From positions 1-32,413 of IMG/VR virus record IMGVR_UViG_3300032330_000878: 32,413 bases of DNA, one strand, 5' to 3'. The translations under genes and the position numbers were made by a program. The DNA is from a virus (lineage: Duplodnaviria; Caudoviricetes). Each line of letters begins with the position of its first letter. The stretch's first letter is position 1. Positions 18,875-28,758 of the stretch are shown here, piece by piece. The notes under the pieces are model-generated. The model was given only the letters and a program-made list of their open reading frames with translations, ran no database searches and was not told where the DNA came from.

Positions 18875-19987
18875 TTATACTATTTCAAAAGTTAATTTAT
18901 CATCAATTATTTTTGTAATACCATCTTTTACTATTTTTAATTTTAATCTATAAATTCTATTAGTTGGATACGTTGATGTATCTAAATAAAAATAATTTGA
19001 TTTTGAATCACAACTTAATTTTGAATATTCTCCAAAAGGAATAATGATTTCATTTGTTCTATAATCTTCTATTTGATAATAAGATGATGTTGGTAAATAT
19101 TTTGATTGGTCATATTCAAAATTCATTCCAAAAGATTTAGATGGAAACAAATCTCTACCTTTAACTCTTATTTTTGTTTTAATATTTTGTTCATATTGTT
19201 TTTGCAAATCGGTTACAACAATTTTACTATTTTCCAATGCATCTTCCGATGATGAACCTGTGATTGGTAATAAAGAACCTGTTGTGAATATACTATCATC
19301 CCAAACTAATTCTAATTTTGGTTCGTATATTGTATTTGTTTCTTTTGAAAAGAATTTAAGAACACCATAATCAATACCATCGTTTACGGAAGCCGTTTCG
19401 TGATGATGTATTATAAATCCATTATTATCAATTGTTCCACTAATCCACAATTTAACTATTTTAGTAACATCCATTCTAACATCATCTGGTTCATTACTAA
19501 ATGATTGATATGATGAACCACTTTGATACCAAACTGCACCTTCTGCGTTATTTGAACCTGTTGTTGTATTGCCTGTTGTTGGGTAGACCGCCGTTCCACC
19601 GGTTGTATCATAATTAACCCATTTTGTTTCTGTTAATCCATTTCTATATTTCCATGTAACTCCATTGTATGTTACATTGTCAAATTTAGTTCCAGTCCCC
19701 ATTACCCAACTAGAAGATAGTGCATTTGCATAAATTGTATATTCTACTGGTATTTCTTCTGAGTTTGCTGATTTTAAATTTAAAAATACACTCCAACTTG
19801 TAGCATTATTTTCTACAATTGATTGTGAAATTTGTGTTGTATTAAATTTAATTAAAGTTCTAGCTATATCCATAGTAGAACCATAATAAAGTTTACCAAC
19901 TTCTAATATCTCATCTCTACCTGTATTTTGTTCAGGTTGTTGAAGATATATACTTGCATCATATGATGATGTAAAAAATTTATGCAT
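18875..19987 (-). CDS. Structural protein with DNRLRE/CBM96-like domain
   Basis: DASIY..QPEQNTG..EILEVG, RTLIKF, DVTKIVKLWISG..NNGFII, FFSKE....PKLELVW pattern. Confidence 0.6.
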   Translation of the reverse strand: MHKFFTSSYDASIYLQQPEQNTGRDEILEVGKLYYGSTMDIARTLIKFNTTQISQSIVENNATSWSVFLNLKSANSEEIPVEYTIYANALSSSWVMGTGTKFDNVTYNGVTWKYRNGLTETKWVNYDTTGGTAVYPTTGNTTTGSNNAEGAVWYQSGSSYQSFSNEPDDVRMDVTKIVKLWISGTIDNNGFIIHHHETASVNDGIDYGVLKFFSKETNTIYEPKLELVWDDSIFTTGSLLPITGSSSEDALENSKIVVTDLQKQYEQNIKTKIRVKGRDLFPSKSFGMNFEYDQSKYLPTSSYYQIEDYRTNEIIIPFGEYSKLSCDSKSNYFYLDTSTYPTNRIYRLKLKIVKDGITKIIDDKLTFEIV

Positions 19988-22005
19988 TATATTGCCCTCC
20001 CTTTTATGTCTTTATTTGGATATTTAACTTCAAATACACATGGGTCTAAAGAAGGATAAACAATCTTACCTTTAGTTGCCTCATCTATATTATAATCATT
20101 TGGTGCGTAAGTTCCGTCCTGCGCACATAGATTATTTATTTTAACCGATGGAACACTCATTACACCTTCTACATTTGCAAGTATTAATTCTATTTCAGAA
20201 ATGTTTATTGGTTTGTTAAATGTCCAATTATCTATATTAAAATAATCTTGTAACTCTTTTAAACAATTTGTAAGAACTTCTCTTTTATTATAATTTGAAT
20301 AACATATTACTTCAAAATCAACGCCAATGTTTACAATAAATCCATCTATAATATTTACTGCGTCGGTAATAATTCTATATTCACCAATATATGTTTTTAA
20401 ATTTTGTTTAACGGCTTGGTTTAAATTTGTTAATTTTTTATTACCATCATATCCTAAAAGATACATATTAATTGCAAATGGATTGTTTACTTCCGATATT
20501 GCTGTTTTCTTTTGTGATAAAAATTTTGTTAATTCTTTTTGAATATCTGATTTTTTTAAATCTTTAATTGAATCTACTAAATTTGTAAATTCCGATAACG
20601 TATTTGGATTTGCTAAAATAGATGCGGGTGAATTATTATCTATTTCACCATCTTGTGATACATAGACTTTTGCAACACTACCATATCTTTCTGGCATAGA
20701 TAATGCACGAACAATATAGTCTTGTTTAGTTACTGCTCTATTTTGAGAACCAAATGTTGCTAATGCATTTTGTCTTATTTCTTCAATTGTTTCTGCTCCT
20801 CTACCACCAACTGCAGATTCTAAATTTTCAACTGCTATTGATTCTTTTCCAGCTTGATATGATTGTAAATTATTGGTATCCAATGATAATAAATCTTCTT
20901 CGTATTCAATTTTGTTTATTATTGTTAAATCTCCTTGATTTACATTTGATTCTATTCCACCACCTGTTAGATATTTAATTGTAAGAGTTCTACCAACCGG
21001 TGATATACCAAATGTATTTGTTTTTAAAAAATTAGATGGGTCAATTCCTTGATTCAATCTGTTTATAGAATTTGCAAGTCCTAACCCAATATTTTTAGTA
21101 TTTGGTAATATTTGTTCATCATTCATAGAAACATCACCACTTCCAAATTGCAAATCGATTGTATTATCTGAATTTATTTTTACCGAAAATCTTCTAGGGA
21201 CTTTTTGAACTTCTAAAATATATGGAACAACCGATGATGATGCATATAAATCCGAATTGCTTTGTATATTTGGTTTTTCAATAAAAATACTCTCTTGTGC
21301 TAAATATGGAACTTCATAATATTTGTTTCCCAAATCATCTACAACCGATGTTATTTGTATAATGTTATTATCGTTTATAGTTATTGTCGGATACTCAACA
21401 TCAGCAACAGGACCGATAGTTTTAGTAACTTCAGTTGCTGAAATTGCTTTTACTTTTTTTGTAATTAAATAAAAAGATGGTTCACCTGTTATGTTATCTC
21501 TACCATATACATCGATTTCTCTATCTATTGGATTTTCAAAATCAACTGAATCTGTTGTTCTAAATATTACACCATTCTTTGATGCAACTTCTAAACCTTC
21601 TTTTATTTTTAAATACATTTTAGAATCAGGAACATTATTTAAACCTGTTCCAGTTGAAGGAACTAATTGATAAATAGTTATTGTAGTTACAGCAGGAGCA
21701 GTTACTTTTGGTTTATATCCAAACGATTGTGCTATTGACATAACATTTTTCCTCTCAGTTGCATGATACAACATTGATTCTTTTAATTGAGTATCTTGGT
21801 AAAATGATAAAACATCACCTATGTATGATGCCATCTCAACAAATACCATACCAGGTGAAGACTCATTAAAATCGGAATATGTATCTGGAAAATATGTTTT
21901 TGTAAATTCAATAAGATTTTGCTTTAATGCAGAAAAATCCTTACCAACATAATTGATATCTTTTTTATTATTTTTCCAAGTCTTATCTAAAGGTTTTATA
22001 GCCAT
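19987..22005 (-). CDS. Baseplate wedge subunit (T4 gp6 / baseplate J-like)
   Basis: KDFSALKQNLIEF, YSDFNESSPG..FVEMASYIGDVLSFY, ATERKNV..IAQSFGYKP, LQFGSG, GGRGAETIEEIR, QNRAVTKQDY. Confidence 0.92.
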   Translation of the reverse strand: MAIKPLDKTWKNNKKDINYVGKDFSALKQNLIEFTKTYFPDTYSDFNESSPGMVFVEMASYIGDVLSFYQDTQLKESMLYHATERKNVMSIAQSFGYKPKVTAPAVTTITIYQLVPSTGTGLNNVPDSKMYLKIKEGLEVASKNGVIFRTTDSVDFENPIDREIDVYGRDNITGEPSFYLITKKVKAISATEVTKTIGPVADVEYPTITINDNNIIQITSVVDDLGNKYYEVPYLAQESIFIEKPNIQSNSDLYASSSVVPYILEVQKVPRRFSVKINSDNTIDLQFGSGDVSMNDEQILPNTKNIGLGLANSINRLNQGIDPSNFLKTNTFGISPVGRTLTIKYLTGGGIESNVNQGDLTIINKIEYEEDLLSLDTNNLQSYQAGKESIAVENLESAVGGRGAETIEEIRQNALATFGSQNRAVTKQDYIVRALSMPERYGSVAKVYVSQDGEIDNNSPASILANPNTLSEFTNLVDSIKDLKKSDIQKELTKFLSQKKTAISEVNNPFAINMYLLGYDGNKKLTNLNQAVKQNLKTYIGEYRIITDAVNIIDGFIVNIGVDFEVICYSNYNKREVLTNCLKELQDYFNIDNWTFNKPINISEIELILANVEGVMSVPSVKINNLCAQDGTYAPNDYNIDEATKGKIVYPSLDPCVFEVKYPNKDIKGRAI

Positions 22006-22011
22006 TTTTTA

Positions 22012-22449
22012 TTATTGTTTAATTTCTATACTCAATGCATCGGTCATATTTGTATTTGATATCAATGAAAACTTTATATCCAAAGATATAGTATGTTTAT
22101 CAATAGATGCATCATCATAGTCAAATACTATTTCATCTATATTTAAATATGGTAACCATTTTTTTACTGCGTCATTAATTGTAAATTCAATTTTACTATC
22201 AATATCATCTCTAATAATTGGTTCAAAAATAAGTTTCCAAATATCACAACCAAATTCTGGTTGCATTACTCTTTCACCTTTTTTTGTCATTATTAAATTT
22301 ATTAAATTATTTTTTGCTTGAGATAGGGTTGTATAATTTGTAGCAAATATACCATTTTTATTAGAACTTGTGTTTATACCAATTCCTAATACTTTATAAT
22401 TATTTTGTTTTAAATCCGTTACATTTATTTTACCTAACTCTATTGCCAT
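22012..22449 (-). CDS. Baseplate wedge subunit, gp25-like
   Basis: NLINLIMTKKGERVMQPEFGCDIWKLIFEP ... KWLPY. Confidence 0.93.
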   Translation of the reverse strand: MAIELGKINVTDLKQNNYKVLGIGINTSSNKNGIFATNYTTLSQAKNNLINLIMTKKGERVMQPEFGCDIWKLIFEPIIRDDIDSKIEFTINDAVKKWLPYLNIDEIVFDYDDASIDKHTISLDIKFSLISNTNMTDALSIEIKQ

Positions 22450-22955
22450 TATTTAAATCTTTTAACTAATTCCGAATAATCTCTTGTTAATGCTTTTATT
22501 GTTGCATCTTGTAAACCATCACCAGTTGATTCAAATTGTTGTGGAATATTTTGAGGTGCTTCCATACCTCTATAATCCATAGTGTCCCAACCTTCCTCTT
22601 CATATTGTGTCGGTTGTATCATATCCAATACACTTCCACCACCCATACCAGGTGCACCACCTTCTACTCTTTGTGCAGACGTAAATGGTGTTGTCATATT
22701 TAAAATTTCATTTATCATTGGGTCTTTTGAAAATTCCCTTTGAGGTTTTGATGGTTGTTGAATTGTCTGTTGTCTTTTAACAGGCGGAGGCGTAACTTCT
22801 GTCATCTCTCTTAATGATGGAGTAGATGATTTCTTTTGTGAGTTTAATGTAACTGCACCAGATTTAATCAATTTTGCCAATTCTTCTTTGACTTGTTGTT
22901 TAACTTCGTTTTTAACAACTTCTTTAATTAAAGTTAATAAAATTTCTGATTTCAT
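22449..22955 (-). CDS. Hypothetical protein (168 aa), coupled to gp25
   Basis: Intact ORF with a TAATG stop/start overlap into gp25. Confidence 0.75.
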   Translation of the reverse strand: MKSEILLTLIKEVVKNEVKQQVKEELAKLIKSGAVTLNSQKKSSTPSLREMTEVTPPPVKRQQTIQQPSKPQREFSKDPMINEILNMTTPFTSAQRVEGGAPGMGGGSVLDMIQPTQYEEEGWDTMDYRGMEAPQNIPQQFESTGDGLQDATIKALTRDYSELVKRFK

Positions 22956-22981
22956 AGTGATTCTTTTGTGTATGTTTTAGT

Positions 22982-22990
22982 AATAAATAT
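22982..22990 (-). promoter_or_regulatory. Putative phage late promoter motif ATATTTATT
   Basis: Intergenic, 26 nt upstream of ATG 22955. Confidence 0.6.
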
Positions 22991-24379
22991 TTATCCTTTA
23001 GTTTTATCGTTTTCTTTTTGTTGAATAAGCGAATCTATATTTTCCGTTGGCTTACCATTTGCTAAATTTTTTGTAGTATTATCTAATAAATTTATTTTTT
23101 GAAGATTACTTAATGTTGAATTTTGAATTTTATCATATGCAATATTATAACTTTCTTTAGCTATTAAAGCAAGTGGTGCAGAAATTGATTTTGGTATTAT
23201 CTTAGATACATCTCCTGAACTTGGTGTTTTAAATGTTTGTGCAATATTTTTTTGTAAATTATTATTACTTAAAACATCTTTATTTGTGATATTTTTTATA
23301 TTATTTACTTTAGTTTGGATATCACCATTTTTAATTTGTTCAGAAATGGTTTTTGGTGAATCTGTTAATCCAGAGTTGTCATAAGTTGTTGGAATATCTT
23401 CATAAATTGGAGTAGTACTTGATATTGTTGTAGCTATCTCATCCGCCAATTGTTGAGATATACCTTCTTTTTGTAATTTAGCCAACATATTTTGACCCTC
23501 AGGTGTTCCAAAATATTCAGGTATTGGTTGTGGTGATTGGTTTTGATTTAATTCATTAATAATGGCATATCCCGCAATACCCACTCCAATTGTTCCCGCT
23601 GCTATTCCTAATATCAATTTTTGATTTGCAACTACTTTATCTTTTGCAAGATTGTATATACTTTTAATATCTCGTTTTCTAGCTGCGATTGTTTTAAGTA
23701 ATGCTTTTTTAAGTAATCCGCCTGCGGGGGTTGGTGGAGTAACATAATATCCAACCCATGGTAATATACTTGGGGCTGGTGGTGCTGGCGGTGTTAATGC
23801 ACATTGGCATTGAAAAAAACCACCCAAAGTAAGACAATGTAACATTGCAGATGCTATGAATGATAATAAAAATGGTTCAAATGCCATTTGTGGGCCAACT
23901 ACTATTGATGTCCATTTTCCTGGAGATAAATTATAAGCTTTTAATGTTGTTATATTTTGAACGGCGGGAGGAAAAAAGCATGGTATGTTAGGAACAGGAA
24001 ATTTTGCAATTTCTGCTCCTGTCCAATAAGCAATAACTGCATTGCCACATAAATCTAATAATGTGCTAAACATACCTTTTCCTGAAGCTTTGGCTATTAA
24101 CATTTCAGAAATAAGAACTGCTTGCATTATTTTTTTATTTCCACTACCTACTGGAACTCCACCAACCATTGTTTTGCCCGTTTTAACGGTCTTATCATAT
24201 GCATTACTAAAAGCTTCTGCAAAGGCTTGAGCATCTACAATCGAATCCGCCACTTTACCTTTTGTAAAAGATACAGCTTTTCCAACAATTCCTTTACCAC
24301 TTGGAATAGGTGAAGCCTTACCTATTTGTTGTTTAAGCATGTGGTTTTGCATCTCATAATAAAATATTGTCCAACTCAT
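22991..24379 (-). CDS. Hypothetical protein downstream of the spike; Cys/Pro-rich N-domain, Gly-rich hydrophobic helix and polar tail
   Basis: 462-aa ORF, TAAATG-type overlap with the spike gene stop; LILGIAAGTIGVGIAGYAII segment. Confidence 0.7.
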   Translation of the reverse strand: MSWTIFYYEMQNHMLKQQIGKASPIPSGKGIVGKAVSFTKGKVADSIVDAQAFAEAFSNAYDKTVKTGKTMVGGVPVGSGNKKIMQAVLISEMLIAKASGKGMFSTLLDLCGNAVIAYWTGAEIAKFPVPNIPCFFPPAVQNITTLKAYNLSPGKWTSIVVGPQMAFEPFLLSFIASAMLHCLTLGGFFQCQCALTPPAPPAPSILPWVGYYVTPPTPAGGLLKKALLKTIAARKRDIKSIYNLAKDKVVANQKLILGIAAGTIGVGIAGYAIINELNQNQSPQPIPEYFGTPEGQNMLAKLQKEGISQQLADEIATTISSTTPIYEDIPTTYDNSGLTDSPKTISEQIKNGDIQTKVNNIKNITNKDVLSNNNLQKNIAQTFKTPSSGDVSKIIPKSISAPLALIAKESYNIAYDKIQNSTLSNLQKINLLDNTTKNLANGKPTENIDSLIQQKENDKTKG

Positions 24380-25665
24380 TATTTACCTACAAAATTTTTA
24401 GTTGATTTTAATCTGCTTAAAGAACTTTTTATGGATGAAAAAGCGGCTGCATTTTCTGGACCTACTTTTGTTTCACCTGATGGTGTTTTATAACTTTGTT
24501 GTAATATTGCATCTATCAATTGTTCCATTATATCTTGCATATCTCCACCCAATGTAATTGGTTGAACTCCTGCTCCCGCGCCACCTGCACCACCTTTATC
24601 ACCAACATAAACATTAGAACCATTTGAATTAAGGTATATATCATTTCCTTTTGATTCAATTGTTGTCATACCACCAACTGATATAGTATGAACTGCACCA
24701 CCTGCATCAACTGAAAATTTACCATCGGTTAATACACCGGTATTTCCTTTACCAAATATAATAAATTCTTTTGCTTTTGCTGATAATATAATTCTATCAG
24801 AATTTATAAATAATTGGTCACCTTTTAAATCACCGGATGATGGATATCCTGCAAATGCAGTTTTAGCAACTCCAATGGTTTCTTTAAATGGTATTTTTAC
24901 TTTTCCAGATGTAATGTATATAGATGTTCCATCTTTATTTATATCTTCATCAACCAAACTCCCAATCGGTTTATCGTCAAATTCAGGATTTTGTTTATTA
25001 CGAATAAATATGGATGGTGACGAAGATTTTCCATCTTCGGTTAAATGAAATTCTGAGAATCTAATGGTATTACCAACCCTACCTTGTAAAATTGTATCTC
25101 CTTCGTTTGGTTTTAGAAATTTAATTTTTTCTACTTTGGTATATTTTGATTCTTTGGATTTGGTTTCTGCTGGTTTTTTATTTGGTATACCAGTTTCTTT
25201 TGTTTGATTGTAATCTTTAGAAGAACCACCTTTTCCATCTTCATTTAAATCTTTTTCATTACTAGATTTAGATGTTTTATAATCTTCTCTATAATTTGGA
25301 TATTGTGTTATAGTATATGGTAAATAAAAGTGCTCTTTATCATTTATAACTAAAATTATAACAGTTTCACCTTTAATTGGAAATGTAAAATTATTTTTAT
25401 CAAATGGATATGCGTATACTGCTTCTTTTATTGTATCTTCCGATAAAAATGTTATAGCACCATAAAATCTTGCATCTTTTTCTGCAAATTTTTTATTATT
25501 ATTGTATATTAAAACTTTATCATTTTCTTTTTCTAATTTAAGAAAATCATTTTCAGTTTTAAATACCTTACTAACAACGGCAAGAAATGATTTTACCGGT
25601 TTTGATTTTTCTCTTTCCGATTCGTTTACATCTTCTTTTATAGTATTAGCAGGATTATACGCCAT
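24379..25665 (-). CDS. Baseplate central spike (gp5/gpV-like, no lysozyme domain seen)
   Basis: OB-fold-like N-terminus (FPIKGETVII), EGDTILQGRVGNTIRF, then short beta-strand repeats (INSDRIILSAK, FSVDAGG, IYLNS); upstream of gp25 and gp6. Confidence 0.65.
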   Translation of the reverse strand: MAYNPANTIKEDVNESEREKSKPVKSFLAVVSKVFKTENDFLKLEKENDKVLIYNNNKKFAEKDARFYGAITFLSEDTIKEAVYAYPFDKNNFTFPIKGETVIILVINDKEHFYLPYTITQYPNYREDYKTSKSSNEKDLNEDGKGGSSKDYNQTKETGIPNKKPAETKSKESKYTKVEKIKFLKPNEGDTILQGRVGNTIRFSEFHLTEDGKSSSPSIFIRNKQNPEFDDKPIGSLVDEDINKDGTSIYITSGKVKIPFKETIGVAKTAFAGYPSSGDLKGDQLFINSDRIILSAKAKEFIIFGKGNTGVLTDGKFSVDAGGAVHTISVGGMTTIESKGNDIYLNSNGSNVYVGDKGGAGGAGAGVQPITLGGDMQDIMEQLIDAILQQSYKTPSGETKVGPENAAAFSSIKSSLSRLKSTKNFVGK

Positions 25666-26069
25666 TATAATTTGGTTTTAATTTCTTCAATTTCTATTTC
25701 CAAATCAACCATTTTTTCTTTAGCTTTTTCTTCTACCGCATTTATAGTATCTTCCATATCTGCAAGTAATTGTTCTTTCTCATGTTCACTTAACCAACCA
25801 TCTTCACCAATACCCTTTGCTTCTGCGGCCGCTAATCTTTGTGCAATTGTTGCAAGTTTAATTAGATGGTCATCGTTTTTAACCGATACCTCAATTAAAT
25901 CTTTTATGATAGGAGCAATAACTGTTGCTTCACCAACATTACGAATTAATTTTCTTAAAGATTCTATTAAGTCGGAAATGTTTTTCTTTTTGTTTTGTTG
26001 GTTTTCGTATATATCTTTAAACAATGATGATAAATTTTTACCATCAAATAATTGAAATTCGTTTGCCAT
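25665..26069 (-). CDS. Hypothetical helical protein (134 aa)
   Basis: Intact ORF with a TAATG overlap into the spike gene. Confidence 0.75.
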   Translation of the reverse strand: MANEFQLFDGKNLSSLFKDIYENQQNKKKNISDLIESLRKLIRNVGEATVIAPIIKDLIEVSVKNDDHLIKLATIAQRLAAAEAKGIGEDGWLSEHEKEQLLADMEDTINAVEEKAKEKMVDLEIEIEEIKTKL

Positions 26070-26087
26070 ATTTTTTGTTTATCTACT

Positions 26088-26096
26088 AATAATTAT
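26088..26096 (-). promoter_or_regulatory. Putative late promoter variant ATAATTATT
   Basis: One mismatch to the motif, 18 nt upstream of ATG 26069, at the start of the structural module. Confidence 0.45.
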
Positions 26097-27790
26097 TTAC
26101 TAATCAAATAATTCCCCAAAACTAAATAATTCATATCACAATTATGAAATGTCCAAATTGCTTTTTGTGGGTCATTTGTCATTGTGTGGTCTTTTAAATT
26201 AAATGATGTGTTTAGTAAAATAGGTGTTCCTGTTAGTTTTTCAAACTCCTTAAGTAAATCATAGTAGAGTGGGTTATCTTCTCTTTTAAGTGTCTGTATC
26301 CTTGCAGAATTATCAACATGCGTTACTGACGGAATGTTTACTCCATTTTTAACTTTAACAACTTGATTCATATAAGGAACATCTTCTTCTGATAAAAAAT
26401 ACTTTTGATAATCTTCGATTGTAACCGATGGAGCAAATGGTCTAAACATTTCTCTCTTTTTGACAACCTTATTAATTCTATCTCTAATGTCGGACAAATG
26501 TGGATTAGCTAATATAGAACGATTACCCAATGCTCTTGCACCAAATTCAGTTCTACCTTGAAACCATCCTATAATATTACCTTCTTCAATTAACTTTGCA
26601 ACTTGTTTACACAACATTTCATTGCTATCAAACATTACAACTTGTTTTCTATGATTTTGTAGTATAATTTTAAGTAATTCAGGATTATTCCATTCTTCGC
26701 CTAAATATGGAGACTGATTATCACCACCTTTAACCTTTGGATTTCCCATCGTAATATGATGTTGATATAAACACGCACCTATTGCAGAACCACTATCCGA
26801 TGGCGCAAATGGAATCCAAACATTCTTAATTGATGTGGATGTTTTAATTTTACCATTAGCGGTGCCATTATATGCACAACCACCACCTAATACCAAATTA
26901 TCAGAATCCCAAATATTGGTAACTCTATTGATGATAAAATATAATGCACTTTCATACCATCTTTGTAATGATGCTGCAAGGTCTTTATGGTTTTGTTCTA
27001 TTGGTTCATCTTTAAAACGTGGAGGGAATCCAATTAAATTTATTAATTTATCATTAAACATATCGTTATCCGATGTTTCCCATGTAAAGTAAGACATATC
27101 CATTTTAACAATATCAAACTCACCGCCCATATTAGCAATTTTATCAAACACATTATTATATCTTTGTTTATCACCATATGGTGCTAGTCCCATTACCTTA
27201 TACTCACCTTCGTTTGGTTTGAATCCTAAATACGCAGTAAATGCCGAATAAATCAACCCCAATGAATGTGGGAATTGTAATGTTTGAATTGTATGAAATC
27301 CGGTATCATCGCACATTGTAGCATATACTGAATGTCTTTCTCCAACTCCATCAATTGACAAACCTATTGCTTTATCGAATGGTGATGTATAGTAAGATAA
27401 TGCTAAATGTGATAAGTGATGTTGTGTGTAAGTGATAATTCCCTCATAACCAATTGATTTTAGTATTTTTTTTAAACCACCTTCAGTTTGATGCCATCTT
27501 TTATTAAATTCTCTCCATTTTTTTGGATATCGCAAACCACCCCATTTACCGATGGTTTCTTTAACTCTATAATATTTGTCTTTTGGATTTTCATACCAAC
27601 AAACCATATCAACTTCATCAATTGTTATTTTTGCGTATTCTAAACACCATTGTATTGCCTTAAACGGAAAAGAACTATCATGCTTTTCGCCAGATAGTTT
27701 CTCTTCTTCTATTGCACATATAACTTTACCATCTACAACCAATGCTGCCGCTGAATCATGGTAAAATGCTGATAGACCTAATTGTATCAT
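26093..27790 (-). CDS. NodU/CmcH/TobZ-family O-carbamoyltransferase
   Basis: HDSAAAL, HHLSH, DGVGE, EYKVMGLAPYG, FQGRTEFGARALGNRSILANP, KKREMFRPFAP, THVDNSARIQT, LLNTSFN. Confidence 0.95.
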   Translation of the reverse strand: MIQLGLSAFYHDSAAALVVDGKVICAIEEEKLSGEKHDSSFPFKAIQWCLEYAKITIDEVDMVCWYENPKDKYYRVKETIGKWGGLRYPKKWREFNKRWHQTEGGLKKILKSIGYEGIITYTQHHLSHLALSYYTSPFDKAIGLSIDGVGERHSVYATMCDDTGFHTIQTLQFPHSLGLIYSAFTAYLGFKPNEGEYKVMGLAPYGDKQRYNNVFDKIANMGGEFDIVKMDMSYFTWETSDNDMFNDKLINLIGFPPRFKDEPIEQNHKDLAASLQRWYESALYFIINRVTNIWDSDNLVLGGGCAYNGTANGKIKTSTSIKNVWIPFAPSDSGSAIGACLYQHHITMGNPKVKGGDNQSPYLGEEWNNPELLKIILQNHRKQVVMFDSNEMLCKQVAKLIEEGNIIGWFQGRTEFGARALGNRSILANPHLSDIRDRINKVVKKREMFRPFAPSVTIEDYQKYFLSEEDVPYMNQVVKVKNGVNIPSVTHVDNSARIQTLKREDNPLYYDLLKEFEKLTGTPILLNTSFNLKDHTMTNDPQKAIWTFHNCDMNYLVLGNYLISK

Positions 27791-27792
27791 TT

Positions 27793-28491
27793 TTAAATTT
27801 TTATATCACCATATTTATCAAATTCATTATATAACTCCATTTGTCTTTCTTTCATTTTGTTCACAACTTTAGTAATATAATGAGTAGGATGACCAGTCAT
27901 TTCTCTAATAAGTAAATATAGTGATTTTTTGTTAAAATTTTCTATATAATTAGCTCTACGAAATAATTCCAATACTGAGTCTGCTATTTGCATATCTCTT
28001 TTTTTTGGAAAATGATTTTCTAAATGCTTATCCCAATATTGTAACATTCTAACATTAAACGTTCTATGTTCATCATTCCTTTCTTCTTCTCTAAAATTAT
28101 TTTCAGTATCAAATGATTCGGGTAAACCAGACATTATATCAGTATCTTTATATCTCTTATAATTTGCATTATTATTTAAGATAAGATAATTTCTTGCAAC
28201 AATAGTAAAATAAGAAAAAGCTTTTCCTTTACCATTTTTATACATATGAATTTTTTCAATCATAAATGCAACAACTTCCGCCATTACATCTTTTGGGTCG
28301 TCATCAAAATAAGTAAACTTCCATTTATTATAAACTATCTCTGCAAGTTTATCAAATGCCGATGCAATTCTTTCCCTATATAATTTATCTTTAATATATT
28401 GGTCTGTCGTAAGATTATATTCAATTATTGCATCTTCCGTATCTTTTGAAAAATATTGTCTATTGGGCCCTCTTTTTTTTCTAATTGGCAT
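27793..28491 (-). CDS. Phage RNA polymerase sigma factor, T4 gp55-like
   Basis: KLAEIV..KWKF, EKIHMYKNGKGKAFSYFTIVARNYLI resembles sigma region 2 of gp55 (F.YFT motif); helical C-terminus. Confidence 0.7.
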   Translation of the reverse strand: MPIRKKRGPNRQYFSKDTEDAIIEYNLTTDQYIKDKLYRERIASAFDKLAEIVYNKWKFTYFDDDPKDVMAEVVAFMIEKIHMYKNGKGKAFSYFTIVARNYLILNNNANYKRYKDTDIMSGLPESFDTENNFREEERNDEHRTFNVRMLQYWDKHLENHFPKKRDMQIADSVLELFRRANYIENFNKKSLYLLIREMTGHPTHYITKVVNKMKERQMELYNEFDKYGDIKI

Positions 28492-28756
28492 CTTTTTGTT
28501 GTTTGAATTTTTCTATTGTTTCTTTGATTTGATAAAATATAGAACCAACTTCATCATCCTTCTCAAACATTTGACGATTATCAATTTGTCGTAATGCTTC
28601 CAGTAATGCTTCGTTTGTTTGCAATTCCATTTGAATAAAATTATCATTATCACTTATGATATCTTCATATTTTTCTAATTTTGACAAAATATTATAAACT
28701 GCAAATGATAATGCAATTACTAATAATGATAATATTGTGATTATTGTGTATAACAT
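28481..28756 (-). CDS. Small membrane-anchored protein
   Basis: N-terminal hydrophobic helix (YTIITILSLLVIALSFAVY) followed by an acidic helical region. Confidence 0.7.
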   Translation of the reverse strand: MLYTIITILSLLVIALSFAVYNILSKLEKYEDIISDNDNFIQMELQTNEALLEALRQIDNRQMFEKDDEVGSIFYQIKETIEKFKQQKDAN

Positions 28757-28758
28757 AA

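Noticed and set aside
1720-22990. Canonical T4 late promoters TATAAATA on the plus strand driving antisense RNA
   Set aside because: The motif sits just upstream of minus-strand starts and flips for the plus-strand gene, so the sense reading TATTTAT(A/T) is more parsimonious.
7717-26069. Bacterial eCIS / tailocin or T6SS locus
   Set aside because: It is flanked by phage primase, resolvase, Mre11-Rad50 and a gp55-like sigma factor, with no host housekeeping context or T6SS membrane-complex genes.
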